A stretch of 64,000 nt of DNA from NCBI RefSeq assembly GCF_009914755.1, contig NC_060926.1. The stretch is one strand, 5' to 3'. This DNA is from the human T2T-CHM13v2.0 reference genome, Homo sapiens. The position numbers and the translations under genes are program-made. Positions 31,781-43,072 of the stretch are shown here, piece by piece; the first letter of the stretch is position 1, and each line of letters begins with the position of its first letter. The notes under the pieces were generated by a model. That model was not told the DNA's origin and did no database searches. It saw nothing but the letters and a program-made list of their open reading frames with translations.

Positions 31781-32510
31781 TGTGTTAGTCTTTTTTTTTT
31801 TTTTTTTTAAGACGGAGTCTTGCTCTGTTGCCCAGGCTGGAGTGCAGTGGCATGATCTTGGCTCACTGCAACTTCTGCCTCCTGGGTTCAAGCAACTCTC
31901 TTCTCAGCCTCCCGAGTAGCTGGGATTACAGGCATCTGCCACCACGCCTGGCTAATTTTTTTGTATTTTTAGTAGAGATGGGGTTTCACCATGTTGGCCA
32001 GGCTGGTCTCAAACTCCTGACCTCATGATCCACCCACCTTCACCTCCTAAAGTGCTGGAATTACAGGCGTGAGCCACCGCGCCCGTCCGTGTTAGTCCAT
32101 TTTGTGTTGCTATAAAGAAATACCTGAGACTGGGTAATTGATAAAGAAAAGAGGCTTAATTATTAATTAGCTCATGTTTCTGTAGGCTGTACAGGAGGCA
32201 TAGCACTGGCATCTGTTCCTGGGGAGGCTTCAGGAAGCTTCCAGTCATGGCGGAAGGCATAGTGGGAGCAGGTGCATCTCATACTGAGAGCGGGGATAAG
32301 AATAGGCGGGGAGGTGCCACGCACTCTTAAACAACCAGACCTTGTGTGAACTCAGAGCAAGAACTCACTCATTGCCAAGGAGTAGCACTAAGCCATTCAT
32401 GAGGGATCTGTCCCTATGATCAAAACAGCCCCCCACCAGGCCCCGCCTCCAACAGTGGGGATTACATTTCAACATGAGATTTGGAGGGGACACACATCCA
32501 AACCATATCA
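31781..32510 (-). mobile_element. MSTB-like MaLR LTR with an AluS (31791-32088, minus) inserted in its terminus
   Basis: LTR TSD AACCT at 31776-31780 and 32511-32515; Alu TSD GTGTTAGTC duplicates the LTR terminus. Confidence 0.9.
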
Positions 32511-32929
32511 AACCTCTTCAGCAGTTTCTACCGCACTAGGAGTAAATTTCAAACTCCTCTGTATAACCGAGAAGCCCCTGCATCATCTGGCTCTTGCCTC
32601 CCCTTCCAGCCCTGTGTGACTCACTTTCCCCTGCTCACCATTCCAGGCCTCCTGGCCATTCTCAGCAGTACCAAGCTTTCTTCTGCCTCAGGACTTTGCA
32701 CAGGCTTATGCCTCTGCCTGAAATACTCTCCTGTCCTTCCTCCTACCCCCATCTTTTGCTAAGATTGATTTTTCTCATCCTTGAGGTCCTAGCTTAAATG
32801 TCACTTCCCAAGAGAGATCTTTTTTGACCACCCAGTCTAAAATAATTTGTAATGACATAATTTGTAATTTTTGGGGTGCTTGTCTGTTTACTGGCCTCTT
32901 CTCTGTCCTTTTGTGTGAGTTGTTCACCT

Positions 32930-33320
32930 TGCATCCGTCAGAGCAGGCTAAGCTATGTGCAGTAACAAACAACTCCCACATCGTAGTGTCTTCAAACCAT
33001 AAGGGCTTATTTCTCAGTCATTCTAAATGTCCATCACAGGTTGGTAGGGGGCCTGTGCTCATTGTAGAAACCCTGGCTGATGGAGCAGTCACATTTCCTA
33101 ACATTCTCAGTAGCCATACCAAGGACAAGAGAGCTCTGGAGGGTCTTATATTGGCAATTAATTTCTCCAGCCTAGAAATGATTATGTGTCATTTCTGCTC
33201 ACAAGTGATCGGTTAGAGCTAGTCACATGGCTCCACCCAACTACAGGGCTAGGAAGTTTCCAGTGCTCACAAGAGAGGAGTAGAAATGTTTGTCAGACAG
33301 CACTAAAGACTCCCACAGTA
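32930..33320 (-). mobile_element. MLT1-family LTR remnant
   Basis: GGCTAAGCTATGTGCAGTAACAAACAACTCC...AGCTAGTCACATGGC decayed MLT1-like text. Boundaries approximate. Confidence 0.5.
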
Positions 33321-35049
33321 ATCAATAAATACTTTAGAAGGATGGAGTGTCTAGAATGCTCTTTCCATGGCAGCAGTCGTTTACAGCATCCTTAAGGAGT
33401 CCTGCTGGGGATCTTGTATTTCTGCTGCTCAAGCCCCTGGCTCTGCTGGGAGTCAGAGTTCTGGTAGGGAAACTCAGCAGACAAGAGGTCCCCTGAGACC
33501 TGGAATGAGCCACCTTAGAGGCAGCTGAGGCTGGTGGCCTCTTGGTTCCCTTCTCCCGTTGGGACACGTTTCCCCTATTGGTGTCCTGTGTGAGACAGCC
33601 CCGCCAAAAGGGTCCTGCCACTCCTCTCTGAATATACTGCACAGCTCAGGGTCTGGCATGTCCAGGATCTGAATAGATGATCCTGCTGGAGGAGTCCCAG
33701 TAGGACCCCTCCGAGTTCTAGGCAGGCAGAGAATGAAAGCAGCATTTCTCAGAAAGCCCTGTGCATCCTGTTACCAATGCAAAGGAATGGCACTTCAGCA
33801 CCCCAGAAAAGGTGGGGAAACCTCCTGCATCTGCTGTGGGTCCTAGGGGATGGGGGGCAGGTGGGAACAGTAGAATCCTGGCCTGTGGCCTGATTTCTGA
33901 CCCTGTTCCCTCAACTATCATACCCTTTTCACTTGGGTAGGCTGCTGCAGCTGCTCTCCTCTCTATACTTGCATTTGACAAAGGGTACCACCACAGCAGG
34001 CCCTTTCCACCAGGCTGCACGCGGTCACACTTGATACAGATGGGCTTTGGGAGATAAGGCTGTACCAGATTGGTGATCACACACTTGACTGTACATCGTG
34101 GCCTCTGGTGGCAATCACTAATGTAAGCTCACATTCCTGAGGCACTCACCAAGTTCCTAGCACTGTACTGAGAGCTCTATGTGGACTTGCATGTACATCT
34201 TCTTACCTATAGCATGGAGGTGCTGCTATTGGGCAGCTGGTGAAACTAAAGCCCACAGAAGTAGTTTCCTAATTAAGTAACTGCTAGTCACAAGGTAGAG
34301 CCCTCCTTTAATCCTATGCTTCCAGACTCCAAACCTGTGCACTTAACTGTTACTCCGTAAGAAAAGGTTTGGGTCTGATTCCTCTTCTAGGTTATAAATA
34401 CTAGGGAGCTTCCTCTTTGAGAAGCCTCCTACCCCATCTCCTTACTGTACCTAGCAAAGTGTCTGTCATACGATTAGCACTCAATAAAAGTTTTAAATGT
34501 GAATGAGAATGGTAAAAACAGAATACTTAGTAGGCTAACACTAGGATATTCTTCTGATTGCACTTTTTTGTTAAGTTGGTCACTTAAGACTAAGGTAAAG
34601 CTTCTGTGCTTTTTGATATAGATGCTGATGGAGGGACTGGATCTGGTAGATACATAGCAATCTAATCATGGCCCAAAGCCTCCAATATAGTATACACATG
34701 CATCCTAACTTACAATGATCAACAATGAAAGAATTAATTACACTGTGCTAGCAGCCATGGATATCACATTGCATAAGAGATAGTTCCCTCCCTTAGAGAT
34801 AAGAGGCAGACGTTTAAACTGTCAGTTGCGATGGCTTGTGACTCTCATGAGGTCTGCGTAGGGGTCAGCACGGTCACAAAACCTGTGGAGGAGGAGGTGG
34901 TTAGGAAGGAAAATCCACCGAGATGAAGCTGTACTGGATACAAAATCACACGTTCCTGGGCTTTGGCAGGGAGCTTGCCCACTGCACTTCCTGCCTCGAG
35001 GCTATGGCTGGGGTGGGATTCTGGCCCTTGTAGGCGGCCTGGGTCCAGT

Positions 35050-36420
35050 CTCCGCCATGCACTCACTAACTCCATTACTGCTAATGGGATGTCATCAGCG
35101 AAGCGAGTGGTGGCGGCAGGTGGAGTCCCGCCCCAAGACCCCCGGGCGGCATCCCCATCGCCGCGCTCCAGCACTCTTCGCCACCTCGTAATTTTCTTCT
35201 GTTTCTGTATGATCAGGTCTGTCCTTCGCTTTTGCTTTCCATTACTTCGTCCTAGCCCTGGCCTGAATCCCACAACTGGCGCCCCACCTTGTGCACCCGC
35301 ACCCGCCCTCAATACCGGCGGGCAGCTCCTCCACTGCCGCAGGGTTACCAGCTGCGTGTCCGAGGGGCAGAGAGAGAAACAGAGGGGGACGGGGCAGGCG
35401 CGCTGGGCCCGCCCCCCCGTGCCTGGGGCAGCTTCTCATTGGTGAAACCTCCTCCCCGGCCGCCCGCTGCTTGGAAAATCAGCCTCGGATTGGCTGACAG
35501 CCCCCCGACGGGCGTGGCTTCCGAGGAGAGGGCAAGAACGGAAGCGAGGGCGCGCTCTCGAGAGGAGGGGTTGCCTAGGCGACGCCGGAGGCGCGCTCGG
35601 GGGGTGGGAAAGCGAGCCCGGCAGCTCAATGACAAATCGGTGGAGGACGGCTGGGGTCCGGCCCCGGGAGGGGGCGGGGCGCGTTTAAGAGCTGCGGGCC
35701 GGGTGCGGACGGCGGAGGCGGCGGGACTGGTCCCTGGTAAGGGCGCGGCGCCCGCGGGCCCCGGGCGGGGTGGGGCGCGGGCTGGGGAGTGGGGTACGCC
35801 GCACGCCCGCAGCCTCTTGCTCCCTCCGTGCCGGGCTGTGGCCGGGCGGCGGCAGGACATGTCGCGCCCCGAGGCCGGCGGAGGGCGACGCCCCGGCAGC
35901 GGCCCCGCTCCGCTCCGGGAGGACTCCCTGGGGGAGTCTCGGCTTCCTGGGCTGCCTGGGGCTGAGGAAGTGGGGGCGGCCTCCGCCTCTCCCTTGTAGC
36001 CGCGGTTCCTTCCCTATCCCGCAGATGGCTCTGCTTCCACTTCCTGCCGCGGGCCTCCCGCTCGGGACCGTCCACTTCCTCAGTCCTCCGGCCGCGGCTT
36101 GGGCAGGGTCAGGGCTGGGAAGTGTTGCAAAAACTTAACTGCCCTCGGAACTTGCACGCGCCGTGAACTGGGCGGTGTTCCTAAAGGGCTTCGGTTTGCT
36201 GGTTTTGTTTTGGTCCTGTCTTGCAAATGAGCATAAAGTTGTTTCTCCCCCAGCCTCCTCCCCTTTCCTTTCTGATAGGGGCCAGCGGCGAAGGGGCTTC
36301 TAAGGGGAAGCGCCTGGACTGGGCATCGCCGTCCCGGTTCTTGCCGCCTGTGGGAGTGTGAGGTTAACCGTGCTCGGTGCAGGGTTGCGGGGCGCGGAGC
36401 TTGCTGCGTCCACACTGCTT
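35050..36420. promoter_or_regulatory. RALB: CpG island / RALB promoter
   Basis: High GC and CpG; inverted CCAAT boxes (ATTGG ~35438, ~35489), GC boxes, G-tracts around exon 1. Confidence 0.9.
35600..35736 (+). other. RALB: RALB non-coding exon 1 (start approximate)
   Basis: Lies in the CpG island; donor CTG|GTAAGG at 35737. Joining to CTCTTCAGTGGG at 61374 matches the recalled RALB 5'UTR. Confidence 0.8.
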
Positions 36421-37425
36421 GTGTGAGCAGTGTCCTCTCTGTGCTCATTTCCAACGAGAAACGTTGGAACTTTGGTGTTCTTATCAGGTGAGTCTTCGGG
36501 AGAGAAGTGCTTGTGCCTGGCGGACTGAATGAATTGGCCGTGGAAGAGACTTGGCTGATTGCTCATCTGGGTTACCTGTGACTCATCTTCAGCCCTTGTA
36601 GAACAGTGCACTTTCTGCTCTGTCCTGGTTTCCTAACCTCATTTCTTCTGAAGTTTTGGGGATGGATGGTGGGCATGGAGTATCAGAGGGGATAGTGAAT
36701 CTTTTAGAGGTGTCAATGACTGATGTTCCAAGCAGAGCCATAAGATTGTTGGATGTCAAAGCTCAGAACCGGTCAAGGCTCAGAATGCTCCTTAAACCTG
36801 GAGCAATAGAAGCACAGTATCGAAGTTCCCAGAAATGGGCCGACCATGAAAGGTAGCACTGCATATTGGGAAAAACAGGAGGGGTGAGTTTGAAGACCTG
36901 GGTTTGATGCAGGTTCTGAGAGTTTACCGGTGTTGTGATGTGGAGCACGATCTTTCCCCCTCTGAGCTCCAGAGTCAGCAACTGTAGAAGGGTGATGATA
37001 GTTATCCTAATTGTTAGGATTAAACGAAATAGGAGCGGGGGAGAAGAAGGCCAGGGAGACATATCCTTTGTGCGTGGCTTTAGTTGTCAGCCGGTCTGCT
37101 TTATTCTGACCACATCTGGGGCTTTCCTTCCTTGCCCATTCACATTGCTTCCCATTGGAAACAGCACTCTTATCGGAGATCTCAGCCAGATTTCCCTCTG
37201 CCCGAGGAATAGAACATTTTCCCAGGATTGTGTGTGGAAAATAGTGTAAGTTATTAGATATCTTTTGGGAACTTGGGACCTAGACCATAAGGATAAACAG
37301 GATTTAGAGTCTTCCACGGCATATGAAGAGATTTTGGTAGAAGATGAGGGTAGAAAAGTTCTAAATTCTTGCCTTGACTGAAGATGGCTTGAGATTCCAT
37401 GAAAAATTTTAAGCCTGAGAATTGA

Positions 37426-37731
<306 letters not shown>

Positions 37732-38764
37732 AGGGATAATTCTTTCTTCCAAATCACGTAATCCTACTATGCCTCTTTGCATTTAGTTGCTAAATTCTTA
37801 CCCCCCTCATGTAACTTATGGAAGTTAGAAACATCATTAGAGACCTTTCTTGAAAGCTAAATTTGGAGACAATGTAAGACTAGAGTGCGAAGAGATCTAG
37901 GTGAACTCTGTAGTTTTCCAGTGTAACTTGTCTCCAGATGGTATACAGGAGTCCCACTTTTCCTTGGCTCCAGTTACTGCTAAACAGCCCCTGCTCTAGA
38001 CATGCAAGACACTTGGTTTTTTTTTCGTTTTGTTTTTTTAAATGAATGTATGTTCTGAATGTTATCGCAAAGAGAGCCGAGCACAGAGGAAAAGGAACTC
38101 TTCCTTCATCACATGGCGGAGTAGTTAAGGAGGAGAAAAACTAACAGTTACTGAGCATCAGCTGTCTGCTTGGCACAGACCACTGATCCAAGCCATACCA
38201 GTTAAATATGTGGCCTTGGAGATTTGACCATGGGCTGTCTCCTTTAGCTCCTCAGTTCTTTTGGTACCTAGGAATATAAATATTGGTGTATGTGTACATA
38301 TATTCTTAGATATTCCAAAAAGCAGAGGGGCCAGTAGGCAAGAGGGTTGATGAGTCTTGGATAGGTGACAGTGGAAAGAAAGATGAAGAGGATGTGGAAG
38401 TGAGTGTCAAAGAGGGACGGTATATGTGCTTACTAGAAGCAATTGCAAAATTCTAGCCAGGTCTCAATTTCAAGTTTGTCACTTTAAAAAAAGTAGCTGC
38501 TTATAATTTTCCTTAGTGTTCTCCTGGCTGTTTTTGTTTTTGGTGATGGTGGCTAGTTGTTTTTTAGTTGAAATCTAAATGCAGAAAAGAAAAATGCCAT
38601 TAATTGATAATTACCAATATATTGTTTTCATTGTTGCTTTTGTCAGTGCTTTGTGGGCATTTTTTATATATAGCATTGTTCCAAGCTATACGGCATGAGA
38701 TGAAGGAAATATAGTAGTTTGGTCCTGCGTGCCTGGCTGCCTGTAAAGTTTGCCTACCTTTTGA

Positions 38765-39620
38765 ATGAGTTTTCTGTTGCTGCATAACAAATTTCCCCAA
38801 ACTTAGCAGCTTAAAACAACAGACATTTATGATCTCACACAGTTTCTGAAGTTGAAATCTGGGGACAGCTTGGCTGGGTGCTTCTGGCTCATGGTCTCTC
38901 CTGAGGTTGCAGTCATCTGAAGCTCGACTGGGACCAGAGGATCTGTTTCCAAAATGGCACGTTCACATGGCTGTTGGCTGGAGGCCTCAGTTCTACACCA
39001 TGTGGGCCTATGCACAGGGCTTTTCACAACATAGCTTTTCTCCCCAGAGCAAGTGATCTGACGGGGGTGGGGAGAGAGGGAGAGAATGAATATGATAATG
39101 ATCAAGATGGAAGCAGCAGTATATTCGTGGCTGATATGGTTTGGCTGTGTCCCTACCCAAATCTCACCTTGAATTGTAATCCCCATAATCCCCATACGTT
39201 GTGGGAGGGACTCGGTGGGAGGTAATTGAATCATGAGGGCAGTTTCTCCCATACTGTTCTCCTGATAGTGAGTTCTCACGTGATCTGATGGTTTTACAAG
39301 CGTCTGGCATTTCCCCTGCTGGCACTCATTCTCTCTCCTGCTGCCCTGTGAAGTGGTTCCTTCTGCCATGATTGTAAGTTTCCTGAGGCCTCCCCAGCCC
39401 TGCGGAACTGTGAGTCAATTAAACCCCTTTCCTTTATAAATTACCCAGTCTCGGATATTTCTTCATAGCAGCATGAGAACAGACTAATCCAGTGTCTAAT
39501 CTTGGAGATGGCATACCATCCCTTCTACCAGCATTCAGACCAGACCTGGCACAATGTGGGAAAGGACTACAAGAGGGGAGGTCAGGGCACATCAGTATTC
39601 TTGGAGGCTAGCCACCACAA
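38765..39620. mobile_element. MLT1 LTR with a nested THE1-type LTR (39132-39491, +)
   Basis: THE1 termini TGATATGGTTTGGCTGTGTCC ... AGACTAATCCA with TSD GTGGC / GTGTC; MLT1 text on both flanks. Confidence 0.85.
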
Positions 39621-41563
39621 CTTTTTTAAGGTTTAGTCCAGACATCATTGAGAAAATCTTTCTTTCAGATGTTTACTGAAGTATACTGTAGGAGATGGAA
39701 AGACAGCTGAGGTCTTTAGTATTGTAGAAGCTTTAATACTATATGTGAAACTTTTATGTTCTTTCTTCCGGTTCTTTGTTAGATGCTGGAATTAGCCAAG
39801 TATGCAGTAGCTTTGGAAATAGAAATTCAGATCTTGCTGGTCCCTAAACCAAAAGGAACATCTGAATTTTTTTCTTTAACCCCAAAACAAGTTGGTAAAA
39901 AAATATTGCCAAAGTAATCTCCTTTGATGAATGGCTTAAAATTAGTCATTCATTATCTGTGTGTTCTTAAAAATAAAACTCATTGGCAAAGTAGCTGAAA
40001 AATTTTGGGGAACCTAAACCCTCTTACTCCTCCCCATTATTTTAAAACTTTGGATACTGCTTGTTTGCCTAGCAGTTCTTCAGTTCACTTTTGAGACCCT
40101 CATACATTTTAATTATTGACCTGGATAGAAGGGCGCTATTCTTTTAGCTCCAGATGAAATCTTCCTGAAGTGCCTATAGGTGGAGAGAAGAGTTTCTGGA
40201 TCCTGAGCCTGAGCCTGGCTAAATGACCTCTAAGTCCCTTCCATCTCTGAAAATTCTATGATCCTTATTTTTTTTTTATAACGAATATCCTTTGAGTTGT
40301 GCATATTTATAACAAAATATTTCATTGATCATGTTAAATTGCAACCTCAGAAGACAAGCTTTTCTGAGAATAGCTTTTGTTCTTCCCAATCCAGTTGAAG
40401 GTTGTTAGAGTCACTGTTAGGCAGAGTTGAAAAGTCAGCACTATTTGCACTTCCTCTGCTTCCTATTTTTGGCCCCTTGCCCATCCTCTGCCCTAATTTA
40501 TGAGCTAGTATCTTTCTTTTCTTTCATTCTACTTTCCTTGTAATCCCCCTCCTTCCTCCCACAGGAAGGATTGGTGGCCAGTCCTTTACTGCTGATAGCT
40601 GATGCTATTGTTAGGAATGAATTTTAGCCAATGTGTTACCTCTAGTAATACTTGCATGGCAAACCTTTTAAAAATCTCAAATTATATGTGTTCATGTAGT
40701 AAACACTGCCATTTTTTAACATCCTAAGTAGCCCTAAAATTTAGTCACTTTCCTCATGTGCATTGTTGTCTCCTTAGTCCCCACCGTGTTGCCGGCCTGG
40801 CCTGGTGCATACCCACATCTGCTCTTGACCCCTCTGTTTTTCTACTCTGTAGCCAGAATTACCTTTTCAACATTCAAGCCTAATTATGTTACCCATTGAC
40901 TTGAAACACTTCAGTGGCTTTCCAGTGCTTTCAGTCAAAGGTCCCAAATCCCTCAACTTGGCCTACACTGGGGTCTTGAATGATCCCGCCCTTCCTTACC
41001 TCCTCAGTGTCATCTTGTACTGGGCTCTGCCTCTTTCTCTCTGCTGCAGATAGCTGTGAAGGTCTTTCTCGAGTTTCTTGAGTGGACTTTGCTTCCTCTT
41101 GCTTCAGGCCTTCCTGAATGCAGTGTGTGTGTGTGCAGGCACGCGTGATTGGGGGTGGGGGAGTGTGGAGGAGTCCTAGGTAGGAAAGCGCTTGGCACAT
41201 TCACAGGGCTGGAAGAAGGCAAGGAAAAGGCCACGGAGGCCACGGCCAGTGGAGGGTTTAGCTGCCGCTCATGGTGAGCCTTTAAGGAGCGTTAAGCACA
41301 GTTTCATGTGCAGTGTTAGAAGCCCCATTGGAAGGGCTGTGTGGAGAACAGATTGAAGAGGGGCTGGAGTGGTAATGAGGGGTCACTTAGGAAGCTGGGG
41401 CTGTTGAATGAATGGTGGCAGAGAAGATGGAAGAAGTGCATGGCTTTGAAATGTATGTTGGAGATGGAATAGCTAGAAATGGTCATGAATTGAGCTGGGG
41501 AGAGGCAATGGGAGTCAAAAATGACTTCCAGGTCCCTGGCTTTGGTAACGATACGGATACTAG

Positions 41564-43072
41564 CGTGTCCGGAATTGGTGGGTTCTTGGGCTCACTGACT
41601 TCAAGAATGAAGCCGCGGACCCTCGCGGTGAGTGTTACAGCTCTTAAGGTGGCACGTCTGGAGTCTGTCCCTTCTGATGTTCAGATGTGTTCGGAGTTTC
41701 TTCCTTCTGGTGGGTTCGTGGTCTCGCTGGCTCAGGAGTGAAGCTGCAGACCTTCGCGGTGAGTGTTACAGCTCTTAAGGTAGCGCGTCTGGAGTTGTTC
41801 GTTCCTCCCGGTGGGCTCGTGGTCTTGCTGGGCTCGGGAGTGAAGCTGCAGATCTTCGCGGTGAGTGTTACAGCTCATAAAAGCAGCGTGGACCCAAAGA
41901 GTGAGCAGTAGCAAGATTTATTGCAAAGAGTGAAAGAACAAAGCTTCCACAGCGTAGAAAGGGACCCCAGCGAGTTGCCAATGCTGGCTCGGGCAGCCTG
42001 CTTTTATTCTCTTATCTGGCCCCACCCACATCCTGCTGATTGGTAGAGCCGAATGGCCTGTTTTGTCAGGGCGCTGATTGGTGCGTTTACAATCCCTGAG
42101 CTAGATACAAAGGTTCTCCACGTCCCCATCAGATTAGTTAGATACAGAGTTTCCACACACAGGTTCTCCAGGGCCCCACCAGAGCAGCTAGATACAGAGT
42201 GTCAATTGGTGCATTCACAAACCTTGAGCTAAACACAGGGTGCTGATTGGTGTATTTACAATCCCTGAGCTAGACGTAAAGACTCTCCACGTCCTCACCA
42301 GAGCAGCTAGATACAGAGTGTCGATTGGTGCACTCACAAACCTTGAGCTAAACACAGGGTGCTGATTGGTGTATTTACAATCCACGAGCTAGATATAAAG
42401 ACTCTCCACGTCCCCACCAGACTCAGGAGCCCAGCTGGCTTCACCTAGTGGATCCCGCACCGGGGCTGCAGGTGGAGCTGCCTGCCAGTCCTGCGCCATG
42501 CACTTGCATTCCTCAGCCCTTGGGTGGTCGATGGGACTGGGCGCCGTGGAGCAGGGGGTGGCGCTCGTCGGGGAGGCTCGGGCCGCACAGGAGCCCATGG
42601 AGTGGGTGGGAGGCTCAGGCATGGTGGGCTGCAGGTCCCAAGCCCTGCCCCGTGGGAAGGCAGCCAAGGCCCGGCGAGAAATCGAGCGCAGTGCCGGTGG
42701 GCCAGCACTGCTGGGGGACTCAGTACACCCTCCGCAGCCACTGGCCTGGCTGCTAAGTCCCTCATTGCCCGGGGCCAGCAGGGCTGGCTGGCTGCTCCGA
42801 GTGCGGGGCCCACCAAGCCCACGCCCACCCGGAACTCCAGCTGGCCCGCAAGTGCCGCACACAGCCCCGGTTCCTGCTCGTGCCTCTCCCTCCACACCTC
42901 CCTGCAAGCCGAGGGAGTGGGCTCCGGCCTTGGCCAGCCCAGAAAGGGGTTCCCGCAGTGCAGTGGGGGGACTGAAGGGCTCCTCAAATGCCACCAAAGT
43001 GGGAGCCCAGGCAGGGGAGGTGCCTAGAGCAAGCGAGGGCTCTGAGGATTTCCAGCATGCTGTCACCTCTCA
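41564..43072 (-). mobile_element. Full-length solo LTR12C (ERV9 LTR), antisense in RALB intron 1
   Basis: Minus strand starts TGAGAGGTGACAGC and ends ...AATTCCGGACAC; perfect 4-bp TSD CTAG at 41560-41563 and 43073-43076; GC-rich U3, tandem CCAAT/GATA repeats. Confidence 0.95.

Noticed and set aside
34845-36138. Long ORFs on both strands at the RALB promoter as standalone genes
   Set aside because: Stop-poor CpG-island sequence, mostly non-ATG starts; only the in-frame spliced relationship to RALB was kept as a finding.
41620-42400. Regularly spaced repeats resembling a CRISPR-like array
   Set aside because: Ordinary internal tandem repeats of LTR12C; eukaryotic context, no unique spacers, no cas genes.
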